DNA of 64,000 bases from Ramlibacter sp. (GCA_030695945.1 JAUYOG010000009.1:1687-65686), one strand, 5' to 3'. Numbered from the stretch's first letter, positions 38,932 to 48,334 are shown. A program made the numbers and translations. The notes: a model not told the origin generated them from the sequence alone.

Positions 38932-39975
38932 TTACTTGAACACGAGGTACAACGGGTCGTCACCGGTCGCGTGACGGACCTGCGCGTTGTCGAAGGCCGC
39001 GAAGCCGAAGCCGTACTTGGCCTTCAGGTCGGCGAACTGCACGTCGAACTTGCTGCCGGTGACGAGCTTGCGGCTCACCACGGCGGTGCGCACGCCGTTG
39101 CTCCAGGTTTCGACGATCTTCACGTCGGCGCGGTCGCCCTTGAGGCCGTTCATGAAGAACGAGGCCACTTCGTCGCCCGCCTTGAAGTTGTCCGCGAACG
39201 GCACTTCCGTGCCCTTCTTGATGCCGTACGTGCCGCCCGCATTGGCGGGCTTGGCGTCCGGGTTCATGAATTCGGGCTTGCCGTTGACCAGCTTGATCGG
39301 CGTGTAGTCGCCTTGCGCGTCCTCGTTCTTGCGTCCGGCGTTCGGCACCTTCTGCGCGTCATAGCGGGTGTCGTCGACATACTGGTCGTCCACGAAGCCG
39401 ACGGGCACCGTGCGCTGGCCCTTGACGTGCCAGATGTCGCCCAGCTGGCCGGGGCCGGGAGTGTACTTGTTGCCGTAGGGCTTGCCCTGGCCCAGGTGGC
39501 AGGTGGCGGCGCAACCCTGCTCGTCGAAACCCTTGATGGAGTTGTTGATGTTCCAGAGCAGGGCCCACTTGTCCTCGTAGAACATGTTGTCGTCGCCGCC
39601 CTTGTTGGCCGGGTCCTTCAGCTGCTTCCAGCTGCCGTCGGCCTGTTTCTGGTAGGGGCCGCGGCGCACGGAATTGGTCGGGTCCTTGTACTGAACCAGC
39701 ATGTACAGCGTGTCGGCGGTATAGGCCGCCTTGATCGTGCCGGTGGTCTTGCCGGTGCCGCCGAAGTTGGCGCCGTCGTTCACCTCGACGTTCAGCCCCT
39801 GGGCTTTGGCCCACACCGGGTCGGCAGCCAGCGCCGCCGGGTTCACGGCAGTTGCCTTCACCGCGGCCAGCGTGTTCGGGGCCACCTTCTCCTGGACCAC
39901 CGAGTTGCAGCCCGTCAAGGCGAGCGCAGCGAAAGCGGCGGCCGTCAGCGTCAGGTTCAGTCTTGATTTCATCAT
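38932..39975 (-). CDS. Ethylbenzene dehydrogenase gamma-related (DOMON-type) heme lipoprotein
   Basis: LTGC lipobox; IKAAY..DTLYMLVQYKDPT, YEDKWALLW, GCAATCH, DIWH.K, VSRKL.T, FGFAAFDNAQVRH; GGAGA RBS. Confidence 0.8.
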   Translation of the reverse strand: MMKSRLNLTLTAAAFAALALTGCNSVVQEKVAPNTLAAVKATAVNPAALAADPVWAKAQGLNVEVNDGANFGGTGKTTGTIKAAYTADTLYMLVQYKDPTNSVRRGPYQKQADGSWKQLKDPANKGGDDNMFYEDKWALLWNINNSIKGFDEQGCAATCHLGQGKPYGNKYTPGPGQLGDIWHVKGQRTVPVGFVDDQYVDDTRYDAQKVPNAGRKNEDAQGDYTPIKLVNGKPEFMNPDAKPANAGGTYGIKKGTEVPFADNFKAGDEVASFFMNGLKGDRADVKIVETWSNGVRTAVVSRKLVTGSKFDVQFADLKAKYGFGFAAFDNAQVRHATGDDPLYLVFK

Positions 39976-40077
39976 CTTCTCTCCGTTGCTAATACACATC
40001 CGGCGGAGCGTCCCATTGGAACAAACCAGTCAGCCACCGGCCCGATTCAATTGGGCGCGCGATACTTTGGGCCACAC

Positions 40078-40091
40078 TTGATGAAGGTCAA
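40078..40091. promoter_or_regulatory. FNR/CRP-family box upstream of heme lipoprotein gene
   Basis: TTGAT-GAAG-GTCAA in AT-rich intergenic region. Confidence 0.75.
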
Positions 40092-40200
40092 GCAGGAAAA
40101 GCTATAAGAAAACTCCTACGGGATGCATGAGTCCGAAAGCGGCCAGACGTGCGTGGCCGGGCGCGCGACCATCGCGACTCCACCCCTACCAGGAGCCGAG

Positions 40201-40647
40201 ATGGACACATCGACCACGAAGGACATCGTCATCGACGCATGGAAGGCGTTCGCCACGCGCGATCCCGCGCGCATCGAGGCGGTCTTCACCGAGGACGCCC
40301 AGTGGCACGCCCCACCGGGCAACGCCACGGCGCTCGCGCTGGGACACACCGAACACGTCCTGGACCGCAACACGATCGTGCGCTTCCTGTCGCGCGAGTT
40401 GGCCACGCTCTTCGTGGCCGACGTGAAATCGACACCGCGCTGCCTCGTGGCGGAAGGACCCATCGCCGTGCTGGAGACGCGCTTCCAGGGGACGCTGGCC
40501 AATGGCCGGCCCTACGACAACGAATACTGCTTCGTCATCGAGGTCAAGGACGGGCGCATTCGCCGGATGCGGGAGTACATGGACACCCAGCGGGGTTTTC
40601 GGTGCATCTTCGGGGAACGAAACGAACCGCGAGTCCTTGCGGCGTGA
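40201..40647 (+). CDS. NTF2/SnoaL-like domain protein
   Basis: FTEDAQW, VAEG, NGRPYDNEYCFVIEVKDGRI..MREYMDT; AGGAG RBS. Confidence 0.88.
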   Translation: MDTSTTKDIVIDAWKAFATRDPARIEAVFTEDAQWHAPPGNATALALGHTEHVLDRNTIVRFLSRELATLFVADVKSTPRCLVAEGPIAVLETRFQGTLANGRPYDNEYCFVIEVKDGRIRRMREYMDTQRGFRCIFGERNEPRVLAA

Positions 40648-41167
40648 CGGTGATCTCGCCCGGCTCGAACCCCATCGTGGTGGCCAGGGCCAAGTCCTGC
40701 GCGCGAAGCGTGTGCAGCACGACTTCCACCAGCGCCTGCTCGGACAGCTGCCTCAGGTAGGCGTCGAGCAGGCGGGCGCCGTCGCGGCCGAGTCCTTCCA
40801 TGCGAACGGCGTTGACACGGATCCGGTGGGCGCGGATCGACTGGTCCGAGCGTTCGTAGCGCAACGCGAAGTCCACGTCGACGCTGCCCGCATACCGGCG
40901 CCGCAACGCCGGGCCGGCGGCCTCGACGGGCAGTTCGGTGGCGAGGCGGTTGAGTTCCGGCAACAAGCGCACGAACGGTGCCCTCATCTCCACCTCCAGC
41001 AATCCTGCCACCGGGTAGCGCAGCGGAAAGCGTTGCTCCAGCACGCGTTGGAGCTGCTGCGCCGAAACGGTATAGCTGGGTTGGGCGAAGCCCGGGAGTG
41101 CGACGCTGCAAGCGGCGGTGGCGAGAGCCAGCCGCACCGCGGCGGCGACGAGCGATCTGCGGTTCAT
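40544..41167 (-). CDS. DUF1439-like secreted protein
   Basis: RR-type signal, YTVSAQQLQ..L..RFP, LLPELNRL, FALRYE.SD; C-terminus overlaps convergent gene. Confidence 0.75.
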   Translation of the reverse strand: MNRRSLVAAAVRLALATAACSVALPGFAQPSYTVSAQQLQRVLEQRFPLRYPVAGLLEVEMRAPFVRLLPELNRLATELPVEAAGPALRRRYAGSVDVDFALRYERSDQSIRAHRIRVNAVRMEGLGRDGARLLDAYLRQLSEQALVEVVLHTLRAQDLALATTMGFEPGEITVTPQGLAVRFVPRRCTENPAGCPCTPASGECARP

Positions 41168-41251
41168 CCCGCCATTGTGTGCCGCATGTCACAGGAACGA
41201 GCGGCACTAGTTCAATGTTGCAATTGCGACGGCCGCGGTAGATTGCCATGC

Positions 41252-41635
41252 ATGCCCAGCAGTAACTTCCTGCGCAGCCGCTGGCTGCTCTACCTCATCA
41301 TGGCCATCACTCTGGGGTGCGCGTCGCCCGCGATCGGTCGCCTGTTCGATTTCGCCGAGCCCGCGGCGCGCCATGGCCTGCTGTACTGGTGGTTCATGGG
41401 CATCCCGGTCGAGGTCGACCTGCTGGTCTGGCCAGCGGAGGAGTACCAGTACCTGCTGTTGGCCAGCGTGTTCTCGCTCCAGTACCTCCTGGTGTTCGCC
41501 GCTGGCGCACTGCTCGTTCTCCTCATGCAGCGCCGCGCCGCCAAAAAGCGGAGGCAGCCCTTTGCCCAGCCTCCGGAGCAGCAGCGTGCCTTCGAGACGG
41601 CCGCCGCCGTCTACAACACGCGGGACGGCTGGTAG
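41252..41635 (+). CDS. Hypothetical membrane protein
   Basis: Hydrophobic segments, basic C-tail; fills gap between genes. Confidence 0.55.
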   Translation: MPSSNFLRSRWLLYLIMAITLGCASPAIGRLFDFAEPAARHGLLYWWFMGIPVEVDLLVWPAEEYQYLLLASVFSLQYLLVFAAGALLVLLMQRRAAKKRRQPFAQPPEQQRAFETAAAVYNTRDGW

Positions 41636-41660
41636 CAGCCGGCGTCCTGCCCGCGGGACG

Positions 41661-44600
41661 CTAGGCGTTGCCGGGCGCGGTCTCAGCTTGCGACACGATC
41701 GCGATGCCGCGCAACTGGCCGGCTTGCGGCCCGGCAACCGGGCGCGGGTACACCGCCGGGTCGAAGCGGTGCAGCAGCTCTGCTTCGCGCACCCGGGCCA
41801 GCGCCACGTTGGCCAGCTTCACGTGCCCAAAGCCGCGTATCGCCAGCGGCAGGGCGGCGATATCGGTTGCGAGCGCCAGGCGCTTCGCGTCGAGCGCAGG
41901 CAGCAGTGAGCGGATACGCTCCATGTAGGCGGCCACGAGTTCCCGCTCCATCCGACGCTCGCGCGTTTTGCCGAAGACGTCGAAAGGGGTTCCCCGCAGC
42001 GCACGGCCGTGCGCCAGCAACTTCATGGCACGGTAGAGCCAGCCCCCGAGCCGGATCTTGCGCGGCGCCTGGCCGTTGCGCGCGCGGCTGAGGAAGGGCG
42101 GCGCCATATAGAACTCGAGCCCGAAATCGCCTTCGAACTGCTGGCGCAGGCTCTTTTCGAAATGGCCGTCTGTGTACAGGCGCGCCACTTCATACTCGTC
42201 CTTGTACGCCATCAGCTTGAGCAGGCTGCGCGCGACGGTGCGCGTCAACGGCAGCGCGGGGTCGGCCCCGATCTGCGCCTCGCGCGCCCGCACGAGCGCG
42301 ACGAACTCCGCATAGCGGTTGGCATACGCGGCGTCCTGGTAGGTGCTGAGGTGCGCGACGCCGCGCGCGAGCAGGGCTTCCAGGGGCTCGGCCGGCGCGG
42401 CGTCCAGGCTGTCGCCCTGCACCAGTTGCCGCAAGGCGTCGGGCGCCGCCGCTTCGAGCCGGCCCAGCGAGAACGCCAGCTGGTTGGTCTCCACGGCCAC
42501 GCCGTTGAGCTCGATGGCCCGCAGCATCGCCGCCAGGCCCACCGGCAGCAACCCGCGCTGCCAGGCGTAACCCAGCGCCAGCATGTTGGCCAGGATGGAA
42601 TCGCCGAGCAGCGCTTCGGCCAGGCCCTGCGCGTCCAGCGTTTCGACGCGGTCCTCGCCCGCCGCGAAGCGCAGCTTCTCGAGCAGCTCGGGGATCTTCA
42701 GTTGCGCGTCCGGGTTGTGCAACGACTCGGCCACCGGCATCTCGTGCGTGTTGGCGAGCACGCGCGTGCGGCCATGGCGCACCGTCTGCAGGGCCTCGGC
42801 CGAGGCGCCGACCACGGCGTCGCAGGCGATGATCGCGTCGGCCTGCTGGGTGTCGATGCGCACCTGGTTCAGCCGCGAGGGCACGTCGGCCAGCCGTACG
42901 AACGCCAGCACGCTGCCGCCCTTTTGGGCGAAGCCCATGAAGTCCAGGACGCTGGCCGACTTGCCTTCCAGGTGCGCGGCCATCGCGGTGAGCGCACCGA
43001 CGGTGACGATGCCCGTGCCGCCGACGCCGGTGAAGAGCAGGTCGTACGGCCCTGTCCACGTGTGTGGCGCGGGCTGCGGCAGGGAATCCACCAGGTGCGC
43101 CACTTCCCCGCCGCGCCGCGTCAGCGCGCCGGCCTTCTTGCGCGGCTGCCCGCCGAGCACGCCGACGAAACTGGGGCAGAAACCCTTGGCGCAGGAGTAG
43201 TCCTTGTTGCAGGCGCTCTGGTCGATCCGCCGCTTGCGCCCCAGCGGCGTTTCCAGCGGGAGCACCGCCACGCAGTTGGATTGCACCGAGCAGTCGCCGC
43301 AGCCTTCGCACACCTGCTCGTTGATGAAGAGGCGCCGCGCCGGCTCTTCCAGCTCACCCTTCTTGCGCCGCCGCCGCTTCTCCGCGGCGCAGGTCTGCTC
43401 GTAGATCAGCACGGTGACGCCCGGCATCTCGCGCAGGCGGCGCTGCACCGCGTCGAGCTCGCCGCGGTCGTGGAATTCGGTGCCCGCCGGGAAGCGGTCG
43501 CTGATGGCGTCGTACTTGCCGATGTCGTCGGAGACGACAACCACCTTGCGCACGCCTTCCGCTTCCACCTGGCGCGCGATGCCGTCCACGCTGATGATGC
43601 CGTCCACCGGCTGGCCGCCCGTCATCGCGACCGCGTCGTTGAAGAGGATCTTGTAGGTGAGGGTGGCGCGGGCCGCGACCGCCTGCCGGATGGCGAGGTA
43701 GCCCGAGTGGTAGTAGGTACCGTCGCCGAGGTTCTGGAAGACGTGCGGGACCTGGGTGAACATCGCGTGCGACACCCAGTCCACGCCTTCGCCGCCCATC
43801 TGGATCAGGCCTTCGGTGTCGCGGTCCATCCAGCTGGCCATGAAGTGGCAGCCGATGCCGGCCTGGGCGTGCGAGCCTTCCGGCACCCTGGTGCTGGTGT
43901 TGTGGGGGCAGCCGGCGCAGAAGTAGGGCAGCCGCTTGACGCTGTCGCTGGCGTTCGACAGCAGCTCGGGCGGCGTGAAGTCGCGCACCAGGTGCCGGCG
44001 GTCCAGGTCGGGGAAGTGGGCGGCCAGCCAGTTGGCGACGATCTCGATCAGGCGGGACGGCCGCAGCTCGCCCGTGTCGGGAATCAGCTGCGCGCCCATC
44101 GCATCGCGCTTGCCGATGATCACCGGGCGGCGCGGCGCGTTGTAGAACATGTCGCGCAGCTGCGTTTCGACGACCGGGCCCTTCTCCTCGATCACCAGCA
44201 CCTCGCGCAGCCCGCGCATGAACTCGCCCATGCGCACCGGCTCGACCGGGTACGTAAGGCCGAGCTTGCAGATGCGCACGCCGTGCCGGGCCAGCGCTTC
44301 GGGCGAGATGTCCAGCCGCCGCAGCACTTCCATGAAGTCGTAGTGCGCCTTTCCGGCGGTGATGATGCCCGCGGCCGCGTGGGGGCCGTCCACGATCGTG
44401 CGGTCGATACTGTTGACGCGCGCGAAGGCCCGCACCGCGTCGAGCTTGGCATGCAGCCGCTGCTCGATCACCAGCGAGGGCAGGTCGGGCCAGCGGTAAT
44501 GCAGACCGCCGGGCGGCGGCTGGTGGCCCGTCACCTGGGCGATGGTCGCCGCGTCCTGCCATACGGCGACGCGCGAGTTGGTGAGGTCCAGGTCGATCGT

Positions 44601-45242
44601 GCCGCTGCTCTCCACCACTTCCGACAGAGCGGTGAAGCCGACCCAGTTGCCCGAGTAGCGCGACAGGGCCCAGCCGTACAGGCCGAACTCCAGGTACTCG
44701 GCGACGTTGGCCGGCGACACGATGGGCGCGTGCCACGACTGGAAGGCCTGGTCGCTCTGGTGCGGCATGGACGAAGAAACGCAGCCGTGGTCGTCGCCGG
44801 CCACCATCAGCACGCCGCCGTGCGGCGAGGCGCCGTAGGCATTGCCGTGCTTCAGCGCATCGCCGGCCCGATCCACGCCCGGGCCCTTGCCATACCAGAG
44901 TGCGAACACGCCTTCGCAGGTGCGCTGCGGGTCCGATTCGACCCGCTGGGTGCCCAGCACCGCCGTGGCGGCCAGTTCCTCGTTGATGGCGGGCAGGAAG
45001 CGGAGACCTTGTTCCTCGAACTTCTTGCCTGCTTGCCACACGGCCTTGTCCACCATGCCCAGCGGCGAGCCCCGGTAGCCGCTGATGAAGCCCTTTGTGC
45101 GCAGCCCCGCGGCCGCGTCGCGCTGGCGCTGCATCAGCATCAGGCGCACCAGCGCTTGCGTTCCGGTCAGGAACACCTGGCCGTCACGGGCCCAGAGGGC
45201 ATCGGACAGCTGGTAATCGGGGCGCAGGAGAGTCTCGGACAT
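41661..45242 (-). CDS. Indolepyruvate ferredoxin oxidoreductase family protein (fused alpha/beta)
   Basis: ISGYRGSPLG, WYGKGPGVDR, PYFCAGCPHN, GIGCH, GDGTY.HSG, CEGCGDC, GVGGTG, MAYKDEYEVARL. Confidence 0.95.
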   Translation of the reverse strand: MSETLLRPDYQLSDALWARDGQVFLTGTQALVRLMLMQRQRDAAAGLRTKGFISGYRGSPLGMVDKAVWQAGKKFEEQGLRFLPAINEELAATAVLGTQRVESDPQRTCEGVFALWYGKGPGVDRAGDALKHGNAYGASPHGGVLMVAGDDHGCVSSSMPHQSDQAFQSWHAPIVSPANVAEYLEFGLYGWALSRYSGNWVGFTALSEVVESSGTIDLDLTNSRVAVWQDAATIAQVTGHQPPPGGLHYRWPDLPSLVIEQRLHAKLDAVRAFARVNSIDRTIVDGPHAAAGIITAGKAHYDFMEVLRRLDISPEALARHGVRICKLGLTYPVEPVRMGEFMRGLREVLVIEEKGPVVETQLRDMFYNAPRRPVIIGKRDAMGAQLIPDTGELRPSRLIEIVANWLAAHFPDLDRRHLVRDFTPPELLSNASDSVKRLPYFCAGCPHNTSTRVPEGSHAQAGIGCHFMASWMDRDTEGLIQMGGEGVDWVSHAMFTQVPHVFQNLGDGTYYHSGYLAIRQAVAARATLTYKILFNDAVAMTGGQPVDGIISVDGIARQVEAEGVRKVVVVSDDIGKYDAISDRFPAGTEFHDRGELDAVQRRLREMPGVTVLIYEQTCAAEKRRRRKKGELEEPARRLFINEQVCEGCGDCSVQSNCVAVLPLETPLGRKRRIDQSACNKDYSCAKGFCPSFVGVLGGQPRKKAGALTRRGGEVAHLVDSLPQPAPHTWTGPYDLLFTGVGGTGIVTVGALTAMAAHLEGKSASVLDFMGFAQKGGSVLAFVRLADVPSRLNQVRIDTQQADAIIACDAVVGASAEALQTVRHGRTRVLANTHEMPVAESLHNPDAQLKIPELLEKLRFAAGEDRVETLDAQGLAEALLGDSILANMLALGYAWQRGLLPVGLAAMLRAIELNGVAVETNQLAFSLGRLEAAAPDALRQLVQGDSLDAAPAEPLEALLARGVAHLSTYQDAAYANRYAEFVALVRAREAQIGADPALPLTRTVARSLLKLMAYKDEYEVARLYTDGHFEKSLRQQFEGDFGLEFYMAPPFLSRARNGQAPRKIRLGGWLYRAMKLLAHGRALRGTPFDVFGKTRERRMERELVAAYMERIRSLLPALDAKRLALATDIAALPLAIRGFGHVKLANVALARVREAELLHRFDPAVYPRPVAGPQAGQLRGIAIVSQAETAPGNA

Positions 45243-45343
45243 GGAGCCAGAGCCTAGGCCGTGATGCGGAGAATTTGCTTCTTTTCTTCTCCGATTCCAC
45301 AATGAAAGGAGAAAACTGTTCTACGAACGCGGGAGACCAGAGA

Positions 45344-45847
45344 ATGGAAGAGCTGGATCGGCAGGACGTGGTGCTGCTCAACGAACTGCAGCGCGACTCG
45401 CACCAGACAGTGCAGCAGCTGGCCGAGCGCGTGGGGCTGTCGAGCACGCCGTGCTGGAAGCGCATCAAGGAGATGGAAGGCAGCGGCGTGATCCGCGGCT
45501 ACACCGCGATCATCGACCGGGAGAAGGTGGGGCTGGCGCTGTGCGTCATCGCCGAGCTGAACCTCACGCGCCACAACCAGGAGGTGGTGGCGCAATTCGA
45601 GCAGGAGGTGGCCGACTGCCCGCACATCGTCGGCTGCTATGCGACGACGGGCCAGGCCGATTACGTGATCAAGGTCCTCATGCCCGACATCAAGGCTTAC
45701 GAACGTTTCCTGCACGAAACCGTTTTCAAGCTGCCCGGCGTGACGCACGTGCGCTCCAGCGTCGTGCTCAAGGAAGTGAAGGCCGAAATGCGCCTGCCGA
45801 TCGAGCCGCCGGGCAAGCCGGCACGCGCCAAGGCGCGCCGGGGCTAG
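45344..45847 (+). CDS. Lrp/AsnC family transcriptional regulator
   Basis: LDRQD..LL.ELQ, LAERVGLSSTPCWKRIKEME..GVI.GY, TG.ADY. Confidence 0.95.
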   Translation: MEELDRQDVVLLNELQRDSHQTVQQLAERVGLSSTPCWKRIKEMEGSGVIRGYTAIIDREKVGLALCVIAELNLTRHNQEVVAQFEQEVADCPHIVGCYATTGQADYVIKVLMPDIKAYERFLHETVFKLPGVTHVRSSVVLKEVKAEMRLPIEPPGKPARAKARRG

Positions 45848-45888
45848 GAGTGCGCGCGGCAGGGGCGGCCGAGGGGGCGCTCTGTGGA

Positions 45889-45983
45889 GCGAATGTCCCC
45901 GCTCCCTTGCTGGCTGAGGCTTGGCCGTCGCAGCGAAATCAAGGCGGAGGTAGCGGGCGCAGCCCGTGACGGGGGACATTCGC
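45889..45983. repeat. MITE/REP-like element with 12-bp terminal inverted repeats
   Basis: GCGAATGTCCCC (45889-45900) ... GGGGACATTCGC (45972-45983); internal CGGGC-GCA-GCCCG hairpin. Confidence 0.7.
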
Positions 45984-46056
45984 GGAGGCGGCCAGGCCTC
46001 GTCCCGGTCCGGACAGGAGCAGAGATCAGATGGAGAAGCCGCGGTCGTCCAGACTG

Positions 46057-46764
46057 CTACTTAGGGCGCTTGGGGATATCGAGCCCGCGCGCGACGGCCG
46101 GCCGCGCGAGGAACGCCGCCAGTACGCGCGTGACATTGGCGTACTGCGAGATCTCCACCAGGTCGCCGGCGCCGTAGTGGCCGATGAGGTTGCGCACCAA
46201 GGGGAACGTGGCGATGTCCGCGATGGTGTACTCGTCGCCCATCAGCCACGCGCGGCCCGCCAGCCGCTCGTCCAGGACCTGGAGGAGCCGCTTCGACTCG
46301 GCAACGTAGCGGTCACGCGGCCGCTTGTCCTCGTACTCGCGGCCCGCGAACCTGTGGAAGAAGCCAACCTGCCCGAACATCGGCCCGACCCCGCTCACCT
46401 GGAACATGAGCCACTGGATGGCCTCGTAGCGCGCCGCCGGGTCGGCGGGCAGGAGCTTGCCCGTCTTCTCGGCAAGGTAGAGCAGGATCGCGCCCGATTC
46501 GAACAGCGCCAGCGGTTGGCCCGACGGCCCGTCGGGGTCCAGGATGGCGGGGATCTTGTCGTAGGGGTTGAGCGAGTGAAATTCCGGCGAGTGTTGCTCC
46601 TGCGCGTCGAAACTCACCCGATGCACCTCGTACGGCAGCCCCGTTTCCTCGAGCAGGATGGACACCTTGACGCCGTTGGGCGTCGCGAGCGAATAGAGTT
46701 GCAGGCGGTCCCGGTGCTGCGGGGGCCATTTGCGCGTGATGGGGAAAGCGGATAGGTCGGTCAT
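46057..46764 (-). CDS. Glutathione S-transferase (YfcG/Nu-like)
   Basis: LYSLATPNGVKV..LEE, LNPYDKIPAI.D, LFESGAILLYLA, YTIADIA. Confidence 0.93.
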   Translation of the reverse strand: MTDLSAFPITRKWPPQHRDRLQLYSLATPNGVKVSILLEETGLPYEVHRVSFDAQEQHSPEFHSLNPYDKIPAILDPDGPSGQPLALFESGAILLYLAEKTGKLLPADPAARYEAIQWLMFQVSGVGPMFGQVGFFHRFAGREYEDKRPRDRYVAESKRLLQVLDERLAGRAWLMGDEYTIADIATFPLVRNLIGHYGAGDLVEISQYANVTRVLAAFLARPAVARGLDIPKRPK

Positions 46765-46867
46765 GCGTCCTCGATGGCGAACCCGGCAATATAGGTGGGT
46801 CTGCGCGACTACATGGATGAGCTGGGCCAAGCCCCCACGCCGCCGGGGCTTCTTCGTATACTGGGTC

Positions 46868-47455
46868 ATGCAGATTGCCTTCCATTCCGCCGAGGTCCTT
46901 GCCGGCCCCAGCCCCGGTTCCGACCCCATTCGCGCGGCCCATGACTGTGCACTTCGCATGATCGAAGACGACACCGCATTGCACGACATTCTTGCGCACC
47001 TCGCCAGCACCGTCGAGGTGGTCTCGCAGGGCAGCACCGTCGCCTCCATCCTGCTGCTCGACGATGAGGGCCTGCTGCGCAACGGGGCCTCGCCGAGCCT
47101 GCCGCCCGACTACCTGGCGGCGATCGACCGCCTGAAGCCCGACGCGAACCTCGGCACCTGCGCCGCGGCAGCGGCGACGGGCGAAGCCGTCTTCACCCCC
47201 AGCTTCTACGACGACTGCCGCTGGGCCGAGCTGCGGCACCTGCCGCTCGCGCTCGGGTTTCTCGGAGCGTGGAGCATGCCGATCAAGGCCGCGGATGGCC
47301 GTGTGCTGGGGACCTTCGGCACCTACTTTCGCGAGCATCGCTGGCCCACGGCGAAGGAGCGCGAAGCCGTGGCGCTGCTGGCCTCGGCCGCCGCGCTGGC
47401 GATAGAGGCATCACGCTGCGATGCGGGAGCGGCGCGCGCGGTCGGCGAACCCTAG
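46868..47455 (+). CDS. Stand-alone GAF domain protein
   Basis: SILLLD, ASPSLP..Y, GTCAAAA, AWSMPI...GRVLGTFGTY; start uncertain. Confidence 0.8.
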   Translation: MQIAFHSAEVLAGPSPGSDPIRAAHDCALRMIEDDTALHDILAHLASTVEVVSQGSTVASILLLDDEGLLRNGASPSLPPDYLAAIDRLKPDANLGTCAAAAATGEAVFTPSFYDDCRWAELRHLPLALGFLGAWSMPIKAADGRVLGTFGTYFREHRWPTAKEREAVALLASAAALAIEASRCDAGAARAVGEP

Positions 47456-48334
47456 CCCGACAGCCAGCCCGCAGGCGAGCAGCAGGAGCGACACGGTCGC
47501 CGTCATCACCCACCGTTGTAGGCCCGCGATCGCGTCGCGCTCCACGAGCGTTACGACCGTCCAACCGGAGAGCGCGGACTTCTGCGTGGCGACTTCCATG
47601 CGGCCGCGACTCGCGAAGTCGCCGCTCAACTCTCCGGGCGACACCGGCGGCATGGACGCCGAGGCGGCGCGCGGCTCGGTGGCGGGACCGGCATCGTAGG
47701 TCGTGGTGATGACGAACGAGTAGCGGTCGAGCAGCACGGCCTGCATGCCGGGCGGCATCCGCGAGCGCAGCATGGATTGCCAGTTCGGCGGCTCGATGGC
47801 GGCGGCGATCACGTACTTCACCTCGCCACCGCGGAACACCGGCACGTAGATCGGCGTGAGCATGCGCTGCGCAACGACGCCCATCGCCAGGTCGGCGACG
47901 ACCGGCTCGCGCTTGTAGACGGCCTGCAGGGCGAGCTCCGGGCGATTCAGGGGTGGCAGCGGGCTGCCGAAGGGCAGCCGCACGTTCACCAGCTGCTCGC
48001 CGCCGGTGCCGACCAGCTGCAGGTTGTTCCACCGGGGATCGGCGCGCACGGTGCGGCTCGCCAGTTCGTGGAAGCCCCGCAGGTCGCCGCGCTGCAAGGT
48101 GCCGGACATCGCCAGCACTTTCAGCGCCGCCACCGAGCGCTCGAGTTCGGCATCGACCTCGGCGGCCAGCTGCTCCGCCTTGTGCCGCAGCGCGTCGTGC
48201 GTGCTGGCGCGCTGCTGCGCCGCCGACCCATAGAGGATGCCCGCCGCCAGCACGATGGCCGGCGCGACCACGCACAGCACCACCGCGAGCGGATACCTTG
48301 CGGACGGGGGTGAAACAGCAGGCGTCGGCAACAT
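47411..48334 (-). CDS. Cache-domain membrane sensor lacking an output domain
   Basis: TM, dCache-like (GEQLVNVRLPFG.PLP, PVVADL, IYVPVFRGG), TM, then stop. Confidence 0.65.
   Translation of the reverse strand: MLPTPAVSPPSARYPLAVVLCVVAPAIVLAAGILYGSAAQQRASTHDALRHKAEQLAAEVDAELERSVAALKVLAMSGTLQRGDLRGFHELASRTVRADPRWNNLQLVGTGGEQLVNVRLPFGSPLPPLNRPELALQAVYKREPVVADLAMGVVAQRMLTPIYVPVFRGGEVKYVIAAAIEPPNWQSMLRSRMPPGMQAVLLDRYSFVITTTYDAGPATEPRAASASMPPVSPGELSGDFASRGRMEVATQKSALSGWTVVTLVERDAIAGLQRWVMTATVSLLLLACGLAVGLGFADRARRSRIAA

Noticed and set aside
42009-45257. 1082-aa plus-strand ORF (also 11705..14530, 22902..25796, 36251..38800)
   Set aside because: Antisense shadows of well-supported genes; no recognisable motifs
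46829-46854. Hairpin with U-rich tail between GST and GAF genes as sRNA/attenuator
   Set aside because: 7-bp stem only, with no supporting promoter or leader peptide
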